A stretch of 64,000 bases of DNA from Nitrospinaceae bacterium (lineage in GTDB: Bacteria > Nitrospinota > Nitrospinia > Nitrospinales > Nitrospinaceae), in contig JAJDBJ010000080.1 of the NCBI GenBank assembly GCA_029261395.1, positions 61,516-125,515 of the forward strand. The letters run 5' to 3'. Made by a program: the position numbers and the translations under genes. Position 1 is the first letter of the stretch; every line of letters starts with the position of its first letter. Shown here one piece after another: positions 1 to 7,778 of this stretch. The notes beneath the pieces are model-generated. The model was not told the origin of the DNA. It saw nothing but the letters and a program-made list of their open reading frames with translations, and made no database searches.

Positions 1-1
1 C

Positions 2-1774
2 AAATTTGCTCAGGCCAAACCTCATAAGTTCAGGTACCTGATTAATCATGGGATCCTATCTCCAAAAGAATTGGAAGTTTCTTTGATCAAGGCCAGAAAG
101 GACAAAGTGAATTTGGAGGATCTGCTTTTGCATGAGCGGGGAATCAAGCGTTCAGATCTGGGCAAATCCCTGGAAAATTATTATGGAGTCCCTTATTTTG
201 GATATAGCGAGTCCACTCGTCTTCCTGCGGGATCCTTTGATGGTCTTAACAAAAAGCACTTGATTAGAAATCATTGGGTTCCCATTCAGATGGATGATGA
301 CCGGGTCGTTGTGTTACTGGATGATCCCTCCGATATGGATAAAATCCGTAACATCAAGATGACATTTCCTAAAAGGGAAATCCAGTTTAAGGTCGGTTTG
401 AAAGCAGATATCGTTGATTATCTGATTGAGACTCCCGGGGAAGAGAATCATGATGGGAAAAGGCATGCTGAGGAGAAGGATAATGTATCCACACTTCTGG
501 AATCGTTGATCAGTGAAACCGACGATGCCGTTGTTGAGAAGACAGATGAGGATGAAGAGAGCTCCATTTCAGAAGGGGACAGCTCTATTGTGCGGTTGGT
601 TAATAAAATCATTCTCGATGCCTATGATACCGGAATCTCCGATATTCATATCGAACCCGGCATGGACAGAGAGGAAATGCTGGTCCGGTATCGTAAGGAA
701 GGCGAATGCGAAATCGCACAGAAAATTCCCAATATATACAAGCGGGCATTCATCTCGCGTATCAAGATCATGTCAAAGCTGGATATTGCGGAGAGGCGCA
801 TACCGCAAGACGGTAAGATCATAATGAAATACGGGAATAAGAAAATCGAACTGCGCGTTGCCGTTTGTCCCACGGTTGGCGGGAATGAGGATGTGGTCAT
901 GCGAATTTTGGCGGCCAGCAAACCTCTACCCCTTGGGAAAATGAATTTTTCTGAACGAGATGAAAAATTGATGAAAGCCAGTATAGTAAAACCCTATGGG
1001 CTTGTCCTTGTGGTGGGGCCGACCGGGTCGGGAAAGACAACCACTCTGCATGCGGCTTTGGGTCATATCAATACCCCCAAAAAGAAAATTTGGACAGCGG
1101 AGGATCCTGTAGAGATTACCCAGCGAGGTCTCCGCCAGGTGCAAATGCATAATAAAATTGGCTTCGATTTTGCCCGTGCCTTACGTTCTTTTTTGAGAGG
1201 CGACCCGGATGTCATCATGGTAGGGGAAATGCGCGATGTGGAAACCTGCTCCATTGGCTTGGAAGCCTCCCTGACCGGGCATTTGGTATTCAGCACTCTT
1301 CATACCAACTCGGCTCCTGAAACAGTTACGCGGCTGATCGACATGGGAATGAATCCCATCAATTTTGCCGATGCACTGATCCTGATCGCCGCCCAACGTC
1401 TGGTAAAAACCTTATGCAAACATTGCAAGCAGGATTATCATCCCTCGCAGGAGGAATTCGATATATTGGTGAAGGAGTATGGTCCGACTCAATTTCTGAA
1501 GCTGGGTGTTGAATATAACGATGACTTCAAACTGAAGAAACCCGTGGGATGTGAACGTTGCGGCCAAAGTGGTTATTTAGGGCGCATGGGTTTATACGAA
1601 TTACTTGAAGGAACAAAGGAGATCAAGCGCTTGATCATGCAGATGGCCCTGATGGAGGATATTTTGGAGCAAGCCACTCAAGACGGGATGACGACCTTGA
1701 AGCAGGACGGCATCCAAAAAATCCTTCAAGGAGAATGTGATTACAAACAGGTTTCTGCAGTGTGTGTGATGTGA
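2..1774 (+). CDS. Type II secretion / type IV pilus assembly ATPase (GspE/PilB family), 5'-partial
   Basis: The reading frame is open from nt 2 to the listed start at 71 with no in-frame stop, so the gene probably begins upstream of the window. Walker A GPTGSGKTT, GEMRD box, tetracysteine CKHC...CERC and an N-terminal T2SSE_N-like region are present. Confidence 0.93.
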   Translation, partial: KFAQAKPHKFRYLINHGILSPKELEVSLIKARKDKVNLEDLLLHERGIKRSDLGKSLENYYGVPYFGYSESTRLPAGSFDGLNKKHLIRNHWVPIQMDDDRVVVLLDDPSDMDKIRNIKMTFPKREIQFKVGLKADIVDYLIETPGEENHDGKRHAEEKDNVSTLLESLISETDDAVVEKTDEDEESSISEGDSSIVRLVNKIILDAYDTGISDIHIEPGMDREEMLVRYRKEGECEIAQKIPNIYKRAFISRIKIMSKLDIAERRIPQDGKIIMKYGNKKIELRVAVCPTVGGNEDVVMRILAASKPLPLGKMNFSERDEKLMKASIVKPYGLVLVVGPTGSGKTTTLHAALGHINTPKKKIWTAEDPVEITQRGLRQVQMHNKIGFDFARALRSFLRGDPDVIMVGEMRDVETCSIGLEASLTGHLVFSTLHTNSAPETVTRLIDMGMNPINFADALILIAAQRLVKTLCKHCKQDYHPSQEEFDILVKEYGPTQFLKLGVEYNDDFKLKKPVGCERCGQSGYLGRMGLYELLEGTKEIKRLIMQMALMEDILEQATQDGMTTLKQDGIQKILQGECDYKQVSAVCVM

Positions 1775-1828
1775 AGAATTGGCAGTGGTACCTTAAGTCT
1801 TGTATCTTTTTTTCATCTTGAATTTCGA

Positions 1829-2890
1829 TTGAAAATCCAATTGAACCCGACTAAAGAAAACAAAAAATATAAGATTCTGGTGGTCGATGATGAAAAAAAA
1901 GTTCTAATCGTCGCTCGCAAGATTTTTCGATCCGCTGGATATGATGTGGAAGTTTGCCTCAGCCCCGAAGAAGCGGTCGAAATTGTAGCCAATCGCGGGC
2001 CAGTGGCGGTTTTGTTTGCGGATAACCGAATGCCGGGCATGCGCGGTACCGAATTGTTGGAACAGGTGAAGCGGGTTTCACCAGCGACGGTCAGGGTTTT
2101 GACCACTGCCTATTATGATCAGCAGCTTATTGAGGATATCGTCAACAAGGGGGAAGCCTTCCGCTTTGTCAAAAAACCGATCGACTTCAATAAAGTTCTC
2201 GCAGTTATTCGTGAATGTGTGGAGCAATATGAGGTCAATCTTAAGAACCAGGTCCTCCATGAATCCATTAAAAATCTCACCCAGTATAACGAGGCCCTCA
2301 AGGGGCAGTCGGATGACCTGTCTCAAAAAATCAGCAAACTGAAAAATAAGGTTGTGTTCGTTACTGTTGTGGCCACCCTGATTATTGGTATCGCCTTGGC
2401 TATTAATTTTTACGGGGAATTTCAACGCCAGGAGATTCTGAAGGAAACCAGTGTTACTTTGGGTGACTGGATCGTTTATGACAATAATACAGCTCTGGAT
2501 TCGGCAAACCGTCTGATGTGGATGACGCAGGACTTTCGGAACCTTGAGAGAAATTATCCCGCTTCCTGGGAAGAAGCCCGTGACTGGGTTCAGTTGATGA
2601 ATGCCAAACGGTTTGGGGGTTACCGTGACTGGAGAATGCCGACCATCGAAGAGTACAAACTGACCTTTGATCCTGATCGGATACGACTGGCTTTCGATCA
2701 AAATAAGGACTACCCCGTGGGTTACCCAAAAGCGTTTCAGGATGGCGGAGGCTACGGATTCTGGGCAGTGGACGAAGTGGGGGGGAACTCCGCGAAGTAT
2801 TTCTTTTTTGCCGGTGGTTACGATAAAACGGCATCCAAGAGTTACAACAGCCCGACCATGAGTGTCCGTTTGGTTCGTACCGTCAAGTAG
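1829..2890 (+). CDS. Membrane-anchored response regulator: receiver domain, coiled coil, one TM helix, C-terminal DUF1566 (Lcl C-terminal-like) domain
   Basis: Receiver hallmarks KILVVDDE, FADNRMPGMRG (phospho-Asp), VLTTA, VKKP. One hydrophobic helix VVFVTVVATLIIGIALAINFY. C-terminal WRMPTIEEY ... SVRLVR pattern typical of DUF1566. The TTG start has no clear RBS, so the start is uncertain. Confidence 0.8.
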   Translation: MKIQLNPTKENKKYKILVVDDEKKVLIVARKIFRSAGYDVEVCLSPEEAVEIVANRGPVAVLFADNRMPGMRGTELLEQVKRVSPATVRVLTTAYYDQQLIEDIVNKGEAFRFVKKPIDFNKVLAVIRECVEQYEVNLKNQVLHESIKNLTQYNEALKGQSDDLSQKISKLKNKVVFVTVVATLIIGIALAINFYGEFQRQEILKETSVTLGDWIVYDNNTALDSANRLMWMTQDFRNLERNYPASWEEARDWVQLMNAKRFGGYRDWRMPTIEEYKLTFDPDRIRLAFDQNKDYPVGYPKAFQDGGGYGFWAVDEVGGNSAKYFFFAGGYDKTASKSYNSPTMSVRLVRTVK

Positions 2891-3668
2891 ACTGTTCTCT
2901 GGCTTTCAAGTGTGCTTCGATCAAGGACGCGAGATGGCCGCTTTCCACCATTTCCTTCACTTTTGAAATCGCCTCTGGTCTGAAATCCTTTTTCTGGAAA
3001 AGTTTTCCGTTTCGATCTAAGGGTAAGGTTGCCTTATTACCCTTGAACCACCGCCGAAGCACCTGTATCGTCAGGTCCATTCCCAGAATCAATGATTTCC
3101 CCATCAAGCTTTGCTCTGTGTCTCCTTCTTCAATCGTAATGGTTCCCTGATCCAACACTTCACCGGTATCAATGCCGGCGTTGATCTTCAAGACAGTCGC
3201 TCCCAGGCAGTCCAGCCGTCCGTCATAAATCGGCCAGAAATTGCAGGACGAGCCCCGGTACTCTCGGGATAGCCCGACGTGCAGATTTATGATTCGGTTT
3301 GGAAAGCATTCCATGAGTTCCCGGCCGATCAAACTGCTGCCAAAGAGAATGATAACTTCCGGATGTTGGGCTTGCAGGATTTTGAGAGTACCCGTGGAGT
3401 TCAGCTGGCCGGTGGCAACGGGGATGAACGTGGGTTGATTCTTTCGTGTCCACGATTCAGAGTCGGCAAAGGTATTATGTTCATACTCCTTGCGCCGCCG
3501 GAAAAACCATTCCCAGGCTTCCTGCAGTTTTTGAGAGTCAGCGGTGAAATTCGGGTAAGTCACTTCTTCGATGAGCACGCACTCAATAGGAAACTCCCGG
3601 TGCAACCGATTGATGAAGTATCGGTGATTCAATCCTGGTCCGGTGATGAGTGCAATTTTTGATTTCAT
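2883..3668 (-). CDS. Stand-alone formyltransferase N-domain-like protein
   Basis: Start moved to the ATG at 3668 (MKSKIALITG), 19 nt after the upstream stop. IINLHVGLSREYRG and GIDTGEV match the Asn/His/Asp pattern of formyl_trans_N. No Fmt C-terminal domain. Confidence 0.75.
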   Translation of the reverse strand: MKSKIALITGPGLNHRYFINRLHREFPIECVLIEEVTYPNFTADSQKLQEAWEWFFRRRKEYEHNTFADSESWTRKNQPTFIPVATGQLNSTGTLKILQAQHPEVIILFGSSLIGRELMECFPNRIINLHVGLSREYRGSSCNFWPIYDGRLDCLGATVLKINAGIDTGEVLDQGTITIEEGDTEQSLMGKSLILGMDLTIQVLRRWFKGNKATLPLDRNGKLFQKKDFRPEAISKVKEMVESGHLASLIEAHLKAREQST

Positions 3669-3687
3669 AGGAAACTTTCGGATCGTA

Positions 3688-4227
3688 TCATTCAAGTGCA
3701 CTGATAACCGCATGTGCGAATTCTGTGGCAGCCTCCGGCCCCGACGCGGTGATGATTTTCCCATCTTGAAGAACCGAAGAGTGGGCACGTGTCAGGCTGG
3801 CTTTCTCCAACTCCTCTGTAAATTTTTCATCCTCCGGCCCCGACGCTTCGTACGACAAAAGGGATGCCCGAGCCAGAACGGCCACGCCCAACCCAATGGC
3901 ACCGATCACCCGCTCCGCCCGAAAATGATCCGTCAGGATTTGAGGAAGAATCGTGTCATCCCACAACGATTTCGGGGCTCCTTTGCCGCCCATGACCAGC
4001 ACGGCATCATATTTCCCTGTGTGCCCCTCCTGCTTGTCCCAATCGACCAGTACACCATCTGGCGTGAAACGGGTTTTATTCATTCCTACAGCCTCTCGAC
4101 CCGACTTGGACAGAACGAGGATTCGAGCTCCGGCGGCCTTCAGCACTTCAAGCGTATCAAACAACTCCTGCTCCTGAAACTGGCTTTTGGGAATGACGAT
4201 TAGGATGTTTTTAGATTGGAGGTTCAC
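3688..4227 (-). CDS. DJ-1/PfpI-superfamily protein lacking the nucleophile cysteine
   Basis: Class-I glutamine amidotransferase-like / DJ-1 pattern (ILIVIP..., YDAVLVMGG, VIGAIGLGVAVLA at the nucleophile-elbow position). The 179-aa product contains no cysteine at all. Confidence 0.75.
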   Translation of the reverse strand: MNLQSKNILIVIPKSQFQEQELFDTLEVLKAAGARILVLSKSGREAVGMNKTRFTPDGVLVDWDKQEGHTGKYDAVLVMGGKGAPKSLWDDTILPQILTDHFRAERVIGAIGLGVAVLARASLLSYEASGPEDEKFTEELEKASLTRAHSSVLQDGKIITASGPEAATEFAHAVISALE

Positions 4228-4244
4228 GATGAATGGTCAGGGGG

Positions 4245-4559
4245 TTATTGTTCCGAAGGATAATTCATCTGCCAGGCTTCAAATCCGCCGATCATGCTGT
4301 GCACATCTTTGAACCCTTTAGACATCAGATACCCCGCAGCTCCCTGGCTGGAAATACCATGGTAGCAGCACACCACCAGCGTTTTTTGTTTGTCGAGTTG
4401 AGCCGTCAATTGCTCCACGTTTTGCTCGTTCAGGGACAGCGCGCCGGGGATGTGGCCCATCGCGAACGAAGCCGGGTCGCGTATATCCACAATATTCGCA
4501 GACCCCTCGGCAAGGAAATCATTTACTGCATGGACATCAATCTGACTGATATTCGGCAT
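4245..4559 (-). CDS. glpE: Single-domain rhodanese (thiosulfate sulfurtransferase GlpE-like)
   Basis: Collinear with E. coli GlpE motifs: VDIRDPASFAMGH, active-site loop CYHGISSQGAAGYL, GGFEAWQ. 104 aa. Confidence 0.9.
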   Translation of the reverse strand: MPNISQIDVHAVNDFLAEGSANIVDIRDPASFAMGHIPGALSLNEQNVEQLTAQLDKQKTLVVCCYHGISSQGAAGYLMSKGFKDVHSMIGGFEAWQMNYPSEQ

Positions 4560-4724
4560 AAAGTAGACTCCGACTTCCGTAAATTTGTGATCAACGCTAC
4601 TTTTTAGATGTTTCGGGCTTGGAAAAGGTCCCTAAAAAGCAGAATAAATAACGAAATGGCAAATTCAAAGCTCTATGGATACCAAACTTTGATATGATTG
4701 CAAACCTCAATCTGAATTTATCCA

Positions 4725-4741
4725 CTATTTAAATTAAATAG
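4725..4741. promoter_or_regulatory. Perfect AT-rich palindrome CTATTTAA-A-TTAAATAG in the divergent glpE / pentapeptide promoter region
   Basis: 8-bp arms with a 1-nt spacer, read directly. Lies 54 nt upstream of the ATG at 4795. No cognate regulator identified. Confidence 0.25.
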
Positions 4742-4794
4742 AGCCGGTTTGGGAACGGCGACCCGGTGACCATAGATCAAGGAGAAAAAGGGTT

Positions 4795-5313
4795 ATGGCA
4801 AACGAACAACATGTGGAGATGATAAAAAAAGGACCGGAAGCCTGGAACCAATGGCGCGAAGAAAATCCGGATGAATTGATAGATCTTTCCGAAGCCGATC
4901 TGCGGGGACTTGCTCTCGCCAAGGCCAATTTCAAAAATGCTAATCTCAAACTGGCCAAGTTGCAATTTTCCAATCTGGCCGGCGCTTCCATGGAAGGTGC
5001 CAACCTGGAGCAGGCACGACTGCAGGAGGTGAACCTGCAAGGCGCACAACTCGAAAATGCCAACCTCAAAAAGTGCAACCTCATGGAGGCTAACCTGCAA
5101 AACACCAATCTGCAAAACGCAGATGTGCAATCGGCTCAATTCAATGAAGATGTGATGTTCGGGCAAACCAATCTCAGAGGAGCCAACCTGCTCGACGCTT
5201 CGGGACTCAGCGTCATGCAGATTCAAACCTCGCTGGTGGACAAGGATACTCAACTCCCGGAATACCTCAACGACGATATGGAGGACGAAGATTTCATCAA
5301 CAGCATGATTTGA
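4795..5313 (+). CDS. Pentapeptide-repeat protein
   Basis: Long run of A(D/N)LXX repeats (ANLKLAKLQFSNLAGASMEGANLEQARLQEVNLQGAQLENANL...). RBS aaggag lies 10 nt upstream of the ATG. Confidence 0.9.
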   Translation: MANEQHVEMIKKGPEAWNQWREENPDELIDLSEADLRGLALAKANFKNANLKLAKLQFSNLAGASMEGANLEQARLQEVNLQGAQLENANLKKCNLMEANLQNTNLQNADVQSAQFNEDVMFGQTNLRGANLLDASGLSVMQIQTSLVDKDTQLPEYLNDDMEDEDFINSMI

Positions 5314-5472
5314 TCCCGTCCTGATATTTTCTAACCCCGCTTTTCTGAATAATTTTCCCCGCTCCGGCGGCCCGGCTTTGTAAAATTCCAGGCGTAATCC
5401 ACAATTAGCCTTTATACTTGAACGAATGGGGTTTGCCCCTTTTTGAACGTAATGATATAGGAAGGCACAACG

Positions 5473-5952
5473 ATGAGCTATATCCAAAAAAGTTTGCTGG
5501 ACGGCGAAGAAATTATCTATCTGACCCGACGTCATAAAATAATTTTCACCTATCCGGCACTCTGGTTGCTGGTGTCGGCGATTCTGTTCGGGACCAAGTA
5601 TTTCTTTGTATTCAAGCCGGAAGTCAATTATGCGCTTATGATTTTCAGCGGAATCTTTCTGGTCGCGGCCCTCATCCATGCTTTCATGATATGGGTGAAT
5701 TACCTGTGTGCCGAGTTCGGGATCACCAACCAACGCGTGATCGTCAAAGAAGGATTCCTGAAACGTAAAACCATCGAAGTGTTTTTGAAAAGTGTGGAAA
5801 GCGTGCAGGTGGATCAAAGCATCTGGGGCCGGATATTGAATTTTGGCACCGTCATCGTCTCCGGCACTGGCGGCGTCACCGATCCCCTCAACATGATCCG
5901 CAATCCCCTGGACTTCAAAAAACAAGTCCAGCAACGTCTCGCCGGTATTTGA
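5473..5952 (+). CDS. Bacterial PH-domain (bPH_2, YdbS/YdbT-like) membrane protein
   Basis: Two N-terminal TM helices followed by ITNQRVIVKEGFLKRKTIEV...VDQSIWGRILNFGTV, the typical bPH_2 pattern. Confidence 0.8.
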   Translation: MSYIQKSLLDGEEIIYLTRRHKIIFTYPALWLLVSAILFGTKYFFVFKPEVNYALMIFSGIFLVAALIHAFMIWVNYLCAEFGITNQRVIVKEGFLKRKTIEVFLKSVESVQVDQSIWGRILNFGTVIVSGTGGVTDPLNMIRNPLDFKKQVQQRLAGI

Positions 5953-6026
5953 CTCCCCTCCTCCAGTAACCGCATGGATGAGCAGGAACATAATTTAACC
6001 GTGCCGGCCAATAAGGAGGATTAAAC

Positions 6027-6269
6027 ATGACAATTGAAATAACTCGTGACGTTCTAGCCTGGTGTTCGGTTATTAACGTGGGGATTCTGCTATTTTGGTG
6101 GGTATGGTTTATGCTGGCCCACGACTTTATGTATCAGTTGCATGGGAAATGGTTCAAGTTGTCGGTGGAGAGGTTCGATGCTATTCATTACTCACTGATG
6201 GGATTTTTTAAAGTAGGTATAATCCTGTTCAATCTTGTCCCCTATTTTGCATTGCGCATTGTTGGATGA
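6027..6269 (+). CDS. Small two-TM membrane protein, function unknown
   Basis: 80 aa with two hydrophobic helices. AAGGAGG RBS just upstream of the ATG. Confidence 0.65.
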   Translation: MTIEITRDVLAWCSVINVGILLFWWVWFMLAHDFMYQLHGKWFKLSVERFDAIHYSLMGFFKVGIILFNLVPYFALRIVG

Positions 6270-6443
6270 TATTAAGGTATCTGACACGACGGCACCGCAA
6301 CTGACACGACTCCCCCTCCAGCGCATCCCGGAGAAGATATTTAAACAGCAAAAAAAACCTCCCCTCTGGGGTGCCTCCGTTTAGCCGGAAAATTCAACCC
6401 CTATTTCCCCGCATCGCTCTTCTTTTATGGTATGCGACTGCAT

Positions 6444-6587
6444 TTACAGCAGACCGTACATGACGAAAGCGACACATGCCATCAGGGTGACCACTACACC
6501 GGCAACAAAAATGATGTTAACGACTTTGTTGTCCTTATGATCGATATTCCCGATTTTCGGATCTCCATGGATCTTTTCCCACAACAT
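6444..6587 (-). CDS. Unlisted 47-aa small membrane protein
   Basis: Below the ORF-track size cutoff. ATG at 6587, TAA at 6444-6446, GGAGG 5 nt upstream. Hand translation: MLWEKIHGDPKIGNIDHKDNKVVNIIFVAGVVVTLMACVAFVMYGLL, with one C-terminal TM helix. A weak hairpin plus an 8-nt T run lies downstream at 6350-6380. Confidence 0.5.
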   Translation of the reverse strand: MLWEKIHGDPKIGNIDHKDNKVVNIIFVAGVVVTLMACVAFVMYGLL

Positions 6588-6912
6588 GATGACCTCCAAA
6601 AGCTAGAAGTTGATAATCTTGGGAGGTAAACTCACCTCTCTACTACAAAGATAGGCTCTTCATCCCGAGATATCAACCTTGCCCAGGGTTCAGAAGGCGA
6701 AAAGGTCAAGGTGCTGGGTTTGAGTTGAGGGCTAGACCCACGCCCACCGGAAAGACTTGAAATTTTCCCTGCAAGGGACAAGATTAGTTATAGGGAGTGG
6801 TGTTATATAAGAGTGGATTTACTGGAAAGCCAGAGTGCCCTTGAAAAATAGAATATAAGGGAGGCCATGAGCCACCTTAGCGTCGGGAAGTCGCAGGGCA
6901 CTTTGGTTGTTT

Positions 6913-6975
6913 CATATTCTTGCCAATCCCTTGGACTTCAAAAAACAAGTCCGGCAACGCCTCGCTGGTATTTAA
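6913..6975 (+). pseudogene. Remnant of the 3' end of a bPH_2 paralogue
   Basis: 6922-6975 aligns codon for codon with 5899-5952, the last 17 codons plus stop of the gene at 5473-5952. There are 47 of 54 identical nt, encoding ANPLDFKKQVRQRLAGI* versus RNPLDFKKQVQQRLAGI*. The frame is closed by TGA at 6868-6870 and has no start codon. Confidence 0.7.
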
Positions 6976-7030
6976 TCTACCGTTCCAAAGTGTACAGTGT
7001 TGAGACTGTTAAACCCAGGGACCAAAAGAA

Positions 7031-7060
7031 AAAGGGCCCGGCCCAATGGCCAAGCCCTTT
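7031..7060. terminator. Orphan bidirectional-looking hairpin
   Basis: AAAGGGC pairs with GCCCTTT, with an inner GGCC/GGCC stem. T/A runs flank both sides. Lies just downstream of the gene remnant. Confidence 0.35.
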
Positions 7061-7091
7061 TACTTAAATATGGTACTGAGGAGACTCCGAC

Positions 7092-7121
7092 AAAATTAAA
7101 ATTCTGCCGGATGACATCCGG
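7092..7121 (-). terminator. Intrinsic terminator of csp
   Basis: On the minus strand, the CCGGAT-GTC-ATCCGG hairpin sits 6 nt after the stop codon and is followed by a T-rich tract (AATTTTAATTTT). Confidence 0.6.
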
Positions 7122-7127
7122 AGGTTC

Positions 7128-7328
7128 TTATTTGGGTACAACCTTGGTGGCTTGCGGACCTTTCTGGCCCATACCTTCTTCGAACTCGACCGACTGGCCC
7201 TCTGCAAGAGTTTTAAAACCATCCCCTTGAATTTCTGAAAAATGTACAAAGAGATCTTTTCCATCTTCGGATTCGATGAATCCATAACCCTTACTTTCGT
7301 TAAACCATTTTACTGTTCCTACTGCCAT
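7128..7328 (-). CDS. csp: Cold-shock protein (CspA family)
   Basis: [18 protein letters not shown] and DLFVHFSEI are the RNP1/RNP2 motifs. Start moved to the ATG at 7328, which has AGGAGAG 7 nt upstream. Confidence 0.95.
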   Translation of the reverse strand: MAVGTVKWFNESKGYGFIESEDGKDLFVHFSEIQGDGFKTLAEGQSVEFEEGMGQKGPQATKVVPK

Positions 7329-7700
7329 AATAAAACTCTCCTGCATCGAGCGGGGAACACACTGTCAGAAAACTGAACAATGTTATTCCTGTTTTTAAAT
7401 TGGGGTTGGTCGGGGCGAGAAACTCCTGGAAGGAATTACCTTACACACTGCAACTGAACAACCCTTGTTTACGCAAACAAAATAGCATGAAAAACAGAAA
7501 TGTCTGCATTTAAATGCAATCGAATACAGTTATTTTCCGTTTAATGAAATCTTCCAAGAGTCATAATCGGGGGTTCAACGGACCTATCCGCACTCTAAAA
7601 ATGGTGCTCTGTCTCCAGGCGGAGGTTCCGCCCGATGGTTTCTAATCCTGTTCAAAGGAACAATGGGCTACGGAAATAATCCCGTAACCCATTGATATAA

Positions 7701-7778
7701 TGGTCGGAGCGAGAGGATTTGAACCTCCGACCCCTACACCCCCAGTGTAGTGCGCTAACCAGGCTGCGCTACGCTCCG
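7701..7778 (-). tRNA. tRNA-Pro (anticodon GGG)
   Basis: Hand-folded cloverleaf. Acceptor CGGAGCG/CGCTCCG, anticodon stem CTACA/TGTAG with loop CTGGGGG, T arm GGAGG-TTCAAAT-CCTCT, encoded CCA. Confidence 0.9.

Noticed and set aside
2-200. Possible MshEN-type c-di-GMP-binding motif at the N-terminus of the GspE-like ATPase (RYLINHGILSPKELEVSLIKA)
   Set aside because: Only the G-[IF]-[LV]-x4-L-x3-L part fits. The RLG element and terminal Gln of the 24-residue motif are absent, and the rest of the N-terminal domain lies outside the window. This is not enough to claim a binding site.
4777-5991. 404-aa ORF on the minus strand spanning the pentapeptide-repeat and bPH genes
   Set aside because: It lies antisense to two genes with clear motifs and RBSs. 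Repetitive pentapeptide coding sequence keeps the opposite frame open. The product is low-complexity with no recognisable domain.
6432-6629. 65-aa plus-strand ORF
   Set aside because: It has no RBS. The minus strand carries a better-supported 47-codon ORF with GGAGG and a TM helix.
6867-7067. 66-aa plus-strand ORF with GGGAGG just before its ATG
   Set aside because: The SD-like element sits only 2 nt from the ATG. The ORF reads the bPH gene remnant in the wrong frame and then runs through a terminator-like hairpin. It is more likely a by-product of the rearranged region.
7618-7632. Hairpin GGCGGA-GGT-TCCGCC downstream of tRNA-Pro as a terminator
   Set aside because: The 6-bp stem is not followed directly by a U tract on the tRNA strand. 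It is too weak to call.
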